Origin: Chlamydiota bacterium
GTDB taxonomy: Bacteria; Chlamydiota; Chlamydiia; Chlamydiales; JAAKFQ01
Direction: 5' to 3'
Length of the DNA stretch: 61,315 nucleotides
NCBI GenBank assembly: GCA_011064725.1
Contig: JAAKFQ010000003.1
Span: forward strand, 1-61,315
A program made the translations under genes and the position numbers. The notes under the pieces were generated by a model. The model saw only the letters and a list, made by a program, of their open reading frames with translations. It searched no databases and was not told the DNA's origin. Shown piece after piece: positions 1 to 9,042 of this stretch (positions are counted from its first letter, which is position 1; the number at the start of each line of letters is the position of its first letter).

Positions 1-86
1 ATCTCAATTTTTTAAATTCTTTCAAGCAAAACTCGACAAAAAGATTCATATCGGATACAATTTAATCTAAAAAAGAGAGAGAAACC

Positions 87-824
87 ATGGCAACAGTTGC
101 ATTAGATACTATAAACACTAATTTTGAATCTGAAACATTTTCAATAGGTGAATCTGCATATTCATATTTTGAATCAGATATTATTCAGTCAGGAGGTTTT
201 TTATCTCTATTTCCAACATCTCTTAAGGTATTGCTTCCTACAATTGATGTAAAAAAACACCAAGAGTTTAGAAACAAAATCACTCAATTAAAAGAAGATA
301 CTGCATGTTTTTATAAAGTTGTTCTTCTCGATTCAAAAAGTGATTATAAAAGCTGGGGTCTACCCATTTCTTTTACATCCTATGTCATTGCTCTTCCCTT
401 TAAACAATTTACATCTAATCCTGATGTTTTTGATTTTTTTACAACACGAGAATTGTGTAAAATAAATCACATAAAAAGAGCTCCGTCTCCTCGGGAAGGC
501 TTAATACAATTTATCATCAAGCAAATACCTGTTACTGGTACACCATTAAGCAATTTTGTATTTAATCAATCCATCCAATATCAATATGATGAAACAGCAG
601 CAGGTCTTGTGGGTTTTGAAAAAAGTCTTTCAGCTATGAAAGAATACAAACAGCTTCGACAAGAAAACAATAAAATGTGGAAACATGGATCTATTTTCTC
701 AAGACTTATTGCGCGTTTCACTTTAGACAAAGACAACAACGACTACTTCAATACTTTCACGCCTTCTATTGATAGACGTATCAAAAATTTAGAAACGCGT
801 TTTCGTCAAATACAAATTGTTTGA
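87..824 (+). CDS. hypothetical protein (245 aa)
   Basis: Uninterrupted ATG ORF with a purine-rich stretch (aaaagagagagaaacc) just upstream. Lies upstream of kdsA. No family motif recognised. Confidence 0.5.
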   Translation: MATVALDTINTNFESETFSIGESAYSYFESDIIQSGGFLSLFPTSLKVLLPTIDVKKHQEFRNKITQLKEDTACFYKVVLLDSKSDYKSWGLPISFTSYVIALPFKQFTSNPDVFDFFTTRELCKINHIKRAPSPREGLIQFIIKQIPVTGTPLSNFVFNQSIQYQYDETAAGLVGFEKSLSAMKEYKQLRQENNKMWKHGSIFSRLIARFTLDKDNNDYFNTFTPSIDRRIKNLETRFRQIQIV

Positions 825-857
825 CAAACGCAGTTTTTTATCGCTACAATGTGAAAC

Positions 858-1694
858 ATGCACACTGTAGTCATTGATACGCTAAAAATTGGACAAGATC
901 AGCCGCTTGCTTTAATGCTAGGACCTTGTGTCATTGAATCTCTAGACTCTGCCCTCTTATCTTGTGAAAAAATCTTAGAGCAAATCGATGGTCTTGACTG
1001 TCAATTTATTTACAAATCCAGTTTTGATAAAGCCAATCGTTCTAGCATTGACTCATTTCGTGGACCTGGATTGGAAAAAGGATTGGAAATTCTGCAAAAA
1101 GTCAAAGAAGAGTTTCATGTGCCTGTGGTTTCTGATATTCACCTGCCTCAAGAGGCTAATCTTGCAAAAGACGTATTGGATTGTATCCAAATTCCTGCAT
1201 TTTTATGCAGGCAAACAGATTTGATTCTAGCTGCAGCAGAGACTAAAAAAGCCCTGTCTATTAAAAAAGGACAGTTCATTGCTGCAGAAGACATGAACAA
1301 CGTGGTAGAAAAAATCGAATCTGTTGGTAATCGTAATATTTTACTTACAGAAAGAGGCTCTTGTTTTGGATATCACAATTTAATCAATGATATTCGCTCG
1401 ATTCCAGTGATGCAATCCCTTGGATACCCTGTTGTGTATGATGCGACGCATTCTGTGCAAGTGCCTGGCGGAAAAATCACCAAAGGCAATAGTGAATTTA
1501 TTCCTGTTTTGACAAAAGCCCACATTGCTGCAGGTGCCAACGCTTTATTTATGGAATGCCACTTAGATCCTAAAAATGCCAAAAGCGATAAGCACAACGT
1601 GTTTCCAATTGAAAATTTACGTCTCTTTTTAGAAGATATTCTTGCACTCTATACATTGATCCAAAATCAAAAGACATCTTATGCGCAAGTCTAA
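858..1694 (+). CDS. kdsA: 2-dehydro-3-deoxyphosphooctonate aldolase (KDO-8-phosphate synthase)
   Basis: 278 aa. Typical KdsA blocks (FKSSFDKANRSS, IPAFLCRQTDL, KKGQF, TERG, YDATHSVQ.PGG). Confidence 0.9.
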   Translation: MHTVVIDTLKIGQDQPLALMLGPCVIESLDSALLSCEKILEQIDGLDCQFIYKSSFDKANRSSIDSFRGPGLEKGLEILQKVKEEFHVPVVSDIHLPQEANLAKDVLDCIQIPAFLCRQTDLILAAAETKKALSIKKGQFIAAEDMNNVVEKIESVGNRNILLTERGSCFGYHNLINDIRSIPVMQSLGYPVVYDATHSVQVPGGKITKGNSEFIPVLTKAHIAAGANALFMECHLDPKNAKSDKHNVFPIENLRLFLEDILALYTLIQNQKTSYAQV

Positions 1695-2250
1695 AACACA
1701 ACTTTTTTCAATGCTTTTTTTGGTTCTTGTTTTGGTCTTGTACTTTATCTATTTTGCTAAAACGTTCAAAGTGCCACAAAACTTTGAAAAATTAAAATCT
1801 CAAACACAGACAACGCTTTCTTTAATTTCAGAAGATAACATCAAAGAAACCTATGCGGTAGAAAAAAACACACGTCGTCATTCTCGTTTCCATTCAAAAA
1901 AAAGTCATATTGAAACAAAAGATGGTGTGTATTTTTTTGAAAATCATCAAGATCTTGTAGGTTTTGTTCAAATCAAATGCTTTTTTGATCCTAAAACCCA
2001 AAAACCTCAGCAACATCTTTACGTCTTTAACGCTCCCGACGGAATCTTTGACTTTAGCAAAAGCACGCTTGCAACCACCTATTCTCATTTCACGTTATAT
2101 CTAGCAGAAGGCCATCGTTTGCCCTTCTTGCTACCCACACACTTTTTTTTCAAAGGCACATCTAAAGACGTGGTCTTTCAACTCAACAATCCCATGCAAT
2201 TTAATGCCAAACGCCTCCAAATGACCATCAAGAAAAAAGAAACTGACTAG
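1681..2250 (+). CDS. membrane-anchored hypothetical protein; an LptC/LptA-like role is suggested only by its position between kdsA and lptB
   Basis: N-terminal hydrophobic anchor (LFSMLFLVLVLVLYFIYF). Start overlaps the kdsA end by 14 nt. No motif recognised. Confidence 0.5.
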   Translation: MRKSKTQLFSMLFLVLVLVLYFIYFAKTFKVPQNFEKLKSQTQTTLSLISEDNIKETYAVEKNTRRHSRFHSKKSHIETKDGVYFFENHQDLVGFVQIKCFFDPKTQKPQQHLYVFNAPDGIFDFSKSTLATTYSHFTLYLAEGHRLPFLLPTHFFFKGTSKDVVFQLNNPMQFNAKRLQMTIKKKETD

Positions 2251-2287
2251 CTCGCGCAAAATCGCACATTCTTTTATACTCCAAAAT

Positions 2288-3010
2288 ATGGCAATTCTAG
2301 AAATCAAAAACCTTGAAAAACAGTACGGCTCTAAAAAAGTTGTTTGTGGATTAGATATCTCCATTGAAAAGGGCGAAATCGTTGGGCTTTTAGGTCCCAA
2401 TGGGGCTGGGAAAACCACCAGTTTTTATATGACAATGGGTCTTGTCAAACATGACCGTGGCACCATTCATTTTAAAGAACAAGATATTTCTAATTTTCCT
2501 GTGCATAAGCGTGCTCAACTTGGCATGGGATATTTATCCCAAGAACCTTCCGTGTTTCAAGATCTGACAGTCAAAGAAAATATTTTGCTGATTTTAGAAA
2601 ACCAAAATCTTTCTAAAGATCAGCAAGAAGAGCGCTTGGGTGCTTTGTTGCAAGAATTAAACCTAAGCCATCTTAAAGATCAAAAAGCCGCCACGCTATC
2701 TGGAGGAGAAAGACGACGCTTAGAAATCACGCGTTCTTTGGTCAATAACCCCGACATTTTGCTTCTAGACGAACCTTTTGCTAATATCGATCCCATCACG
2801 ATTCAAGAACTAAAAAAGCTCATCATACAATTGACAAAAAAAGGGATTACGATTTTGATTACAGATCACAATGCGCGCGAAATTTTTTCCATTTGCAATC
2901 GCATTTATCTCATCCAAGAAGGCCGCGTTTCATTCTGCGGAACTGCTAAAGAACTCTTGGAAAATCAAGAAGCTCGGGCAACCTACCTTGGCGATGAGTT
3001 TTCTCTATAA
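2288..3010 (+). CDS. lptB: LPS export ABC transporter ATP-binding protein
   Basis: Walker A GLLGPNGAGKTT, signature LSGGERRRLEI, Walker B ILLLDEP, 240 aa. LptB-like overall pattern. Confidence 0.9.
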   Translation: MAILEIKNLEKQYGSKKVVCGLDISIEKGEIVGLLGPNGAGKTTSFYMTMGLVKHDRGTIHFKEQDISNFPVHKRAQLGMGYLSQEPSVFQDLTVKENILLILENQNLSKDQQEERLGALLQELNLSHLKDQKAATLSGGERRRLEITRSLVNNPDILLLDEPFANIDPITIQELKKLIIQLTKKGITILITDHNAREIFSICNRIYLIQEGRVSFCGTAKELLENQEARATYLGDEFSL

Positions 3011-3020
3011 CATTTAAGGA

Positions 3021-3446
3021 TTACCGAGAGAATAACTCGTGGTCGTTGAAGAAAAAGGACACTTCTTCTTTAGCTGTTGGAAGTGCATCCGATCCATGCA
3101 CAGCATTGACTCCAATGTTGGTGCCAAAACGTTGTCTAATTGTGCCTTCTTTTGCTTGTTTGGGGTCTGTGACTCCCATTAAATCTCGATTTTTTTCAAT
3201 AGCATCTTCGCCCTCTAAACAAATTACAACAACAGGGCCAGAACTCATAAATTGTACAATTTCTTCAAAAAAAGGTTTGCCTGTATGAATCGCATAAAAA
3301 TGTTCTGCTTGTTCTTTTGTCAGATGTAACATTTTGCAGCCTAAAACAATCAGTCCATTTTCTTCAAAAATCGTGATGATTTCTCCAATGTGATTAGCAA
3401 TAACTGCATCAGGTTTAATGATCGATAATGTACGTTCTTTTGCCAT
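3021..3446 (-). CDS. ndk: nucleoside-diphosphate kinase
   Basis: MAKERTLSIIKPDAV..., NAVHGSD active-site His block, 141 aa. Confidence 0.95.
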   Translation of the reverse strand: MAKERTLSIIKPDAVIANHIGEIITIFEENGLIVLGCKMLHLTKEQAEHFYAIHTGKPFFEEIVQFMSSGPVVVICLEGEDAIEKNRDLMGVTDPKQAKEGTIRQRFGTNIGVNAVHGSDALPTAKEEVSFFFNDHELFSR

Positions 3447-3471
3447 AAAAACTCCTTTTATTATTATTTTA

Positions 3472-4551
3472 TTAGCGTCTTGATCTCTTTCTGTCCATGT
3501 ATTCCAAAGCTTTTCCTGTACCTAGACAGACAGCAAGCAAAGGATTTGGAGCGACAAAAGTAGGCAAGCCTGTTTCTTGCGTCATCAATTTATCCAATCC
3601 TTTAATCAAAGCCCCTCCTCCAGCTAGTACCATACCACGATCGACAAGATCTGCAGCCAATTCCGGAGGACATTTTTCAAGTGTAAGCTTGACGGCATCC
3701 ACAATTTGTTGTGTGGGCTCAGATAGACATTCGCGCACTTCAACAGAGTTAATTTTCTTTGTGACAGGAAGCCCAGAGACTTGATCGCGTCCTCGAACCT
3801 CCATTTCCAATTCATTTTCACCAAGAGTATATACAGAACCTATCTTCATTTTGATCTCTTCTGCTGTTTTGGGCCCGATCATCAAATTGTAGGTTCTTCT
3901 CATGTAATTCATGATACATTCATCAAATTCATCTCCAGCAACACGCAAAGAGCGCGACTCGACAACCCCACCTAAAGAAATAATGGCTATCTCTGTGGTT
4001 CCCCCTCCAATATCAATAATCATATTAGCAGAAGGCTCATGTACAGGAAGATCGACACCAATGGCCGCAGCCATACATTCTTCAATCAAAATGACTTCTT
4101 GTGCCCCTGCGCGCATGGCAGAATCTTCCACAGCACGCTTTTCCACTCCTGTAATCCCTGAAGGAACAGCAATTAAAATACGCGGACGAAACAGCGATTT
4201 TGTAGGCGTGACTTTTTCAATCAATGCTTTCAATAATCCTTCGGTAATTTCAAAATCTGCAATCACCCCATCTTTCATAGGGCGCACAGCCTTGATTTTT
4301 TGCGGTGTTTTTCCAAGCATCATTTTGGCTGCATGCCCTACTTCTAAGATTTGACCTGTTACCGCATCCACCGCTACAACCGACGGTTCTGTCAGTGTGA
4401 TGCCTTTGCCTTTGACATAGACCAAAGTGTTGGCTGTTCCAAGATCAATTCCAATATCACTTGCAAACATGCCAAAGACACGCTTGAGCTTTTTGGATAA
4501 AAAATTGGTAGCTTTGCGATAATGTTCCTTAACTCTTCTTGTGTAGTACAT
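3472..4551 (-). CDS. mreB: actin homologue MreB with a basic N-terminal extension
   Basis: Actin-fold blocks DIGIDLGTANTLVY, DIGGGTTEIA, VLAGGGALI. The ORF track starts at TTG 4563. ATG 4551 has GAGGA 5 nt upstream. The canonical MreB N-terminus would start at Met 4470, so a ~27-aa basic extension is predicted. Confidence 0.9.
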   Translation of the reverse strand: MYYTRRVKEHYRKATNFLSKKLKRVFGMFASDIGIDLGTANTLVYVKGKGITLTEPSVVAVDAVTGQILEVGHAAKMMLGKTPQKIKAVRPMKDGVIADFEITEGLLKALIEKVTPTKSLFRPRILIAVPSGITGVEKRAVEDSAMRAGAQEVILIEECMAAAIGVDLPVHEPSANMIIDIGGGTTEIAIISLGGVVESRSLRVAGDEFDECIMNYMRRTYNLMIGPKTAEEIKMKIGSVYTLGENELEMEVRGRDQVSGLPVTKKINSVEVRECLSEPTQQIVDAVKLTLEKCPPELAADLVDRGMVLAGGGALIKGLDKLMTQETGLPTFVAPNPLLAVCLGTGKALEYMDRKRSRR

Positions 4552-4571
4552 GTGGATCCTCAATGTTTTTT

Positions 4572-4736
4572 AACCTTAAGCTTGGTTTAGTTTATTCAGA
4601 ATCATGAGGAGATTTTCTTAAATTCTCGGGATTTTTGACGTAGGGAATGGTCAAAAGGCCATTCTCAAGGCAAAAAGCTCGAGAAGAAAGAATAACCTCC
4701 CATGAGAGTGGGTAAAATAAACCCAAACTTAAGGTT
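4572..4736 (-). mobile_element. MITE-like palindromic element, family A, copy A1 (165 bp)
   Basis: Near-identical to the elements at 4831, 12233, 27422 and 58256. Terminal inverted repeats aaccttaagcttggtttagttta.../...taaaataaacccaaacttaaggtt. Flanked by TTT on both sides. No coding capacity. Confidence 0.65.
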
Positions 4737-4756
4737 TTTACGCAAGGATACCCAAG

Positions 4757-4790
4757 ATAAAAAAAAGATGCAAATAGATCTTTGCATCTT
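4757..4790 (-). terminator. rho-independent terminator downstream of the SNF2 helicase gene
   Basis: Perfect stem agatgcaaa / tttgcatct with loop tagatc. On the minus strand it is followed by a run of 8-9 T. The plus side is also T-rich, so it may act in both directions. Confidence 0.65.
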
Positions 4791-4830
4791 TTCATTTTTA
4801 AGATTCTGAGCAAGATAAAGTTCAGGTTTT

Positions 4831-4996
4831 AACCTGGACTTTGAGTTCAGTTTACTCAGAATCATGCGAGATTTTCCTCAGATTCTTGGGATTTTTGCCG
4901 CAGGGAATAGTCAAGAGGCTATTTCCAAGGTGAAAAGCGCGAGAAGATAAGGAAAAGATCCATGAGTATGAGTGAAATAAACTCAAAGTTCAGGTT
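4831..4996 (-). mobile_element. MITE-like palindromic element, family A, copy A2 (166 bp)
   Basis: Same family as A1. TIR aacctggactttgagttcagttta.../...aaataaactcaaagttcaggtt. TTT on both flanks. Its last 7 nt overlap the final codon and TGA stop of the SNF2 gene. A ~14-nt solo terminus (ataaagttcaggtt, 4815-4828) lies just upstream. Confidence 0.65.
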
Positions 4997-7900
4997 TTTA
5001 ATAGTTCCAACACTTCTTCCCAAGTGAGTTTGGAAATCGCTTCTTCGTCAGAGCTGATGAGCTGTTTGACAAGGCCCCGCTTTCTATCTTGCATGCTGAG
5101 GATTTTTTCTTCGATTGTCCCTAGCGTGATCAATTTGTACGCACTGACTTTCTTTTTTTGGCCAATACGGTGCACACGATCTGTGGCTTGATTTTCGACG
5201 GCAGGATTCCACCACATGTCGTAATGGATGACCGTATCTGCCCCTGTCAGATTGAGTCCTACGCCACCTGCTTTGAGCGAAATTAAAAAGACAGGGATAT
5301 TGTCTGATGCATTGAAATGTTTCACAAGCTCTAGGCGGTTTTTTGTCGATCCATCCAAGTAAAGGAAAGGAATGTGCATGCGCTCTAGATCTTCTTTGAT
5401 AATGTTAAGCATTTTTGTGTACTGAGAAAACACCACAGCTTTTTTCTCATTTTGTGCAAAATTCATCAATAGGTCCAAAAGCATTTCATACTTTGCAGAA
5501 TCTCCACGCTCTATTTGGTCCTTTGCAAAAATGGCTGGGTGGCAACAGATCTGCTTCAGACGTGTTAAGGTCGCAAGCACATGGATACGCACTTTGTCAA
5601 AGCCCTGTTTTTGCACTAGTCTAGAGAGTTGTTCTTTGGCAGATTTTGCATACGATGTATACAATTCTTGCTGCACATCGGTAAGTTGGCAGTGATAGGT
5701 AATGTGGGACACTGGCGGCAGCTCTTTTAACACATCAGGCTTCATACGACGCATAATGAAGGGGAAAATTTTACGTTTTAGTGTCTCTAAATTTCCTTGG
5801 GTGTATTCAGACGGTTTGACATATTTATCGACAAAACGATCAAAGGCACCTAAAAATCCTGGCATGAGAAAATCAAACAAACTCCACAAATCTTCCAAAG
5901 AATTTTCAATCGGCGTTCCTGTTAACACCAATCGATGATGGCTTTTTAATTGCTTGACAGATTTTGCATTGCGTGTACTTCTATTTTTGATGTGTTGTGC
6001 TTCATCTAAAATGGCATACAGGTAGTCTTTTTGCAGGTAGTGTTCAATATCTTTTTGCAAAAGTGTATAGGAAGTGATCAATACATCAATTTTGGCTTTT
6101 GAAAAGATCGTGTTTTTTCGTCTTGGAGGAGGTCCATCGACAACGTGTATTTTGAGTTTTGGATTAAATCGATGGAATTCTTCTTTCCAGTTATAGGTTA
6201 AAGAAGTAGGACACACAATAAGCGTTTGCATCCCTGGCTTTTCTTCATGTCCATTTGTAATCGCACAAATGGCTTGCAGCGTTTTTCCAAGCCCCATGTC
6301 ATCTGCCAAAATACCATTGAGATACATGGTGCGCAGACGCTCCAGCCAATAAAATCCTTCTTTTTGATAACCACGTAATTCGGCTTGAATGTTTTTTGGA
6401 ATGGGTTTGATTGTGGCCGCTTCTTCGCCCATCATCTGTCTTTGAATCTTTTTTAGATTCTCCGTCATCGTAAAATCGATATTTGCTTCTTTGAAACGAT
6501 CTTCTAACAAATGGCTCAATACCCAAAGAGGTCTCTTGAAGGTGCTGTTGTCTAATTTGACAATTCCAATCTCGTCAAAAAGTTGTACAATGTGAGAAAG
6601 CTTTTTTAAATTTAGGACTAAAATTTTTGAACGTGTCTGTTTTTTTGTGCGTTTATTTTCTTTGAGCTCAATATAGGTGCGACGCGATGCAATACAATCC
6701 CACAACATATCCATTTTGATGCCGTTGAGCGCGCCATTTACTTTGAGTTCAAGTTCAAATTCATGCACTGTTTTGAGTTCTTTGACATGCAAACCGAAGG
6801 TCGTTTCATCATAAATAAAGCGATCGAGCAGATTTTCTGGGCATTCAAAATCGACATCGGCTTGGAATTTAGGCAAACGTTCTGTCATGAATTCGACGAT
6901 TTTCTTTTCTGTTTTTGCAACAAACCGCCCCGTGGATGCATCAAACATAAAATCACTAAATAGTTCGTCGATGATCTGTTTTTCTATCACTAGATCTCGT
7001 GACAATATTCCCTCTTCTTTTTCGAAGGTTTGGATATGATCAATATTAATATGGGTTGGAGCTACTGGAACTTCATGCCCATCATAATTAAACCAAAGCT
7101 CGCATTCCATTTCTCCATCTAGATAGGCAATTTTACATCTTCCATGGATCTTATTGACGTGAGGAATGGTGACAAATTCTTCTAAAACTTGCTGATTATC
7201 AATCTGCACAAAAGAGCCAAGTTCTGGCAAAACATTTTCTACAAAGGTTCCAAACAAAGGTTTGGGAATAGTCATTGCTTGAACATCATCCAAACTCTTT
7301 AGATGGCTTCTTAGAATATTGGGACCAAAACGAAAAAAAGTGCCGTTGTATAAAAAACCTGGTTGCGAGCAATCAAAAAGAAGGACATCTTGCAAAAGCA
7401 CTGTTTCTTTATTTGCCATCAGCGTGGGGCTAATCAAAATTTTATTTGCAGGCGGCTTGATAAATTCCAGAGCAAAATTAAAACGCGCATGACGAGAACA
7501 GTAGTAAATGGGTTTTTCTAGTGTTTGTTCAAATAGGCATGGCAAAGGTTGCAGCAGTCCTTCTTCTTCTTCATAAACAAGTTGCGTTTTTTCATTGGCA
7601 ATTTCAAAACAAAGAGCGAGCAACTCTCCAAAATCATTTTTTGAAAGATGAAATGTACGTTGGCATTTTTCTTGAATTTGCAGTGCGTAAAAATCCAAAA
7701 TAAAGTCCAAAATACGCATGGAATCTTCATCAAAAGAGCGTTCTGTAAACAGGCACATGCGCTCTGCCAAATAGACACTTTCTCCATGCTTAATGGCATC
7801 CAAAAAAGCTTTCACATTGGGAACAATCACAGGTTTGGTACGAAACTTAAGCCTAAGTGCAATTTGCAGATCAAAAAATGATGGCGTTTTTTTCATATTA

Positions 7901-8433
7901 AAACTAGAAGTGACAATGACACCGAGTTCCGCTTTTTGTTCTTCTATTTGTTTTTTAGGAAGGAAAAAAGGCGATTTTGTCAACACGCGACATGCGTGCA
8001 CATATTCTTCTAAAAGTTCTTTTGCTTGCGTTTGAACTTGCAGTGATTCATGCGCTTCTTTTGCTTTTTCAATCTTTTCTAAAAGAGCATCATCTTGAAT
8101 TTTTTCTCCCACATCATATTGTTTAGAAAAATCCACGACCATTTTATCCATGTGCTTTTCTAAGTAACACACAAGGGCAGCTAAATGTTGGCAATCGTAG
8201 GCGTAGGGACAATCACAATTTGAATCGACAACCTCACTTTCTATTTGATCGATTTCAATTTCACACTCGTAGTTATTTTCATAAGAACCTTTGACCTCTG
8301 CCATAACTTTAATTTTCTTCGCATCTAAAGCAACAATCTTTGCATTTAAAATGGCTTTTTCATCAAAAAGAACTTTTCCATCTTTCAAAATATTTGCCGA
8401 AAAATCTTGTTTAACGCGTCGAAAATTAAGCAT
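4990..8433 (-). CDS. SWIM zinc-finger / SNF2 (Rad54-like) family helicase, paralogue 1
   Basis: 1147 aa. SWIM-type CDCPYAYDCQHLAA near the N-terminus. Helicase motifs LADDMGLGKT, DEAQHIKN, LTGTPIEN, QATDRVHRIGQ. Confidence 0.9.
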   Translation of the reverse strand: MLNFRRVKQDFSANILKDGKVLFDEKAILNAKIVALDAKKIKVMAEVKGSYENNYECEIEIDQIESEVVDSNCDCPYAYDCQHLAALVCYLEKHMDKMVVDFSKQYDVGEKIQDDALLEKIEKAKEAHESLQVQTQAKELLEEYVHACRVLTKSPFFLPKKQIEEQKAELGVIVTSSFNMKKTPSFFDLQIALRLKFRTKPVIVPNVKAFLDAIKHGESVYLAERMCLFTERSFDEDSMRILDFILDFYALQIQEKCQRTFHLSKNDFGELLALCFEIANEKTQLVYEEEEGLLQPLPCLFEQTLEKPIYYCSRHARFNFALEFIKPPANKILISPTLMANKETVLLQDVLLFDCSQPGFLYNGTFFRFGPNILRSHLKSLDDVQAMTIPKPLFGTFVENVLPELGSFVQIDNQQVLEEFVTIPHVNKIHGRCKIAYLDGEMECELWFNYDGHEVPVAPTHINIDHIQTFEKEEGILSRDLVIEKQIIDELFSDFMFDASTGRFVAKTEKKIVEFMTERLPKFQADVDFECPENLLDRFIYDETTFGLHVKELKTVHEFELELKVNGALNGIKMDMLWDCIASRRTYIELKENKRTKKQTRSKILVLNLKKLSHIVQLFDEIGIVKLDNSTFKRPLWVLSHLLEDRFKEANIDFTMTENLKKIQRQMMGEEAATIKPIPKNIQAELRGYQKEGFYWLERLRTMYLNGILADDMGLGKTLQAICAITNGHEEKPGMQTLIVCPTSLTYNWKEEFHRFNPKLKIHVVDGPPPRRKNTIFSKAKIDVLITSYTLLQKDIEHYLQKDYLYAILDEAQHIKNRSTRNAKSVKQLKSHHRLVLTGTPIENSLEDLWSLFDFLMPGFLGAFDRFVDKYVKPSEYTQGNLETLKRKIFPFIMRRMKPDVLKELPPVSHITYHCQLTDVQQELYTSYAKSAKEQLSRLVQKQGFDKVRIHVLATLTRLKQICCHPAIFAKDQIERGDSAKYEMLLDLLMNFAQNEKKAVVFSQYTKMLNIIKEDLERMHIPFLYLDGSTKNRLELVKHFNASDNIPVFLISLKAGGVGLNLTGADTVIHYDMWWNPAVENQATDRVHRIGQKKKVSAYKLITLGTIEEKILSMQDRKRGLVKQLISSDEEAISKLTWEEVLELLKT

Positions 8434-8588
8434 CTGTGTTTACCTTCGGGTTGTATCACTCTACTTATCGCTTTTTAAAGATCTTACAAAAGTTTCGCAA
8501 CGAAAAAAACATTTTTTTTTAAAAATTCCCCATTTCCTCTCGTAGAAAAAAAAATAAAAAAATCCATCTAAGGATCTAAAAAAAAAAA

Positions 8589-8750
8589 TACTGATGTTAT
8601 GCAGTAAATTCTGCTTAAGAATAGAGCGAAAAGGGAAGAAGTACAAGTATGTCCGACAAACACAACTCTAAGGAGTTGCGTGAGGAGGAATACGAAGTAG
8701 ATCGCCCTTTGCAGCCTTTCTTAAGTAGGAGTTAATGCATAATATCAGTA
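8589..8750 (+). mobile_element. MITE-like palindromic element, family B, copy B1 (~162 bp)
   Basis: TIR tactgatgttatgc... / ...gcataatatcagta. The internal sequence aligns with the elements at 12305, 37328, 45918 and 55517, including the central hairpin caactc..gagttg. Confidence 0.6.
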
Positions 8751-8766
8751 ATTAAAAAATAGATTC

Positions 8767-8794
8767 TTGCAAAAAATTTGAAAAATGTTATATT
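8767..8794 (+). promoter_or_regulatory. sigma-70/66-type promoter with extended -10
   Basis: TTGCAA (8767-8772), 16-nt spacer, TGtTATATT (TG 8786-8787, -10 at 8789-8794). No CDS follows on this strand. Confidence 0.4.
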
Positions 8795-8800
8795 GCAAAA

Positions 8801-8874
8801 TAACACATTATTCCCCACTACCGATTCTGGGTCCAAGTTTCCTCCATTCTTTGATTCAGGATCGGTTTTTTTTT
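8801..8874 (+). ncRNA. candidate small RNA (~75 nt), an orphan promoter-to-terminator unit
   Basis: Starts about 7 nt after the -10 element. Ends in a 13-bp stem (8821-8833 with 8853-8865, including G-U pairs) followed by T9 (8866-8874). The loop exposes CCUCC (8841-8845). No ORF. Confidence 0.35.
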
Positions 8875-8888
8875 GCCTTGAATCTTAC

Positions 8889-8917
8889 TTGCTCAAAATT
8901 TCTTGAAGGGGTATAAT
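8889..8917 (+). promoter_or_regulatory. promoter of tRNA-Gly
   Basis: TTGCTC (8889-8894), 17-nt spacer, TATAAT (8912-8917). The tRNA 5' end is 13 nt downstream. Confidence 0.5.
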
Positions 8918-8929
8918 TGGGAGCTTGAT

Positions 8930-9001
8930 GCGGGTATAGCTCAGTGGTAGAGCATCACGTTGCCAACGTGAGGGTCGTGGGTTCGAATCTCATTACCCGC
9001 T
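8930..9001 (+). tRNA. tRNA-Gly (anticodon GCC)
   Basis: Hand-folded cloverleaf: acceptor GCGGGTA/TACCCGC, D arm GCTC-AGTGGTA-GAGC, anticodon stem TCACG/CGTGA with loop TTGCCAA, T arm GTGGG-TTCGAAT-CTCAT. CCA is not encoded. Confidence 0.9.
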
Positions 9002-9042
9002 TTTATCAGTTTTTTTAAAAATTTTTAGTATAAAGGAATGCC

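Noticed and set aside
4572-4996. Possibility that the recurring ~165-bp repeats are a CRISPR array or CRISPR remnants
   Set aside because: The units are 5-6 times longer than CRISPR repeats. They are internally palindromic with terminal inverted repeats, scattered singly at gene ends over 54 kb, and not regularly spaced with unique spacers. No cas genes are present.
8490-8590. Long A and T homopolymer runs (A7/T10/A5, A9-T-A7, A11) upstream of the SNF2 helicase start as possible phase-variation tracts
   Set aside because: They are intergenic and lie in a very AT-rich promoter region. No coding frame or obvious -35/-10 spacer depends on them. Such runs are common in AT-rich genomes.
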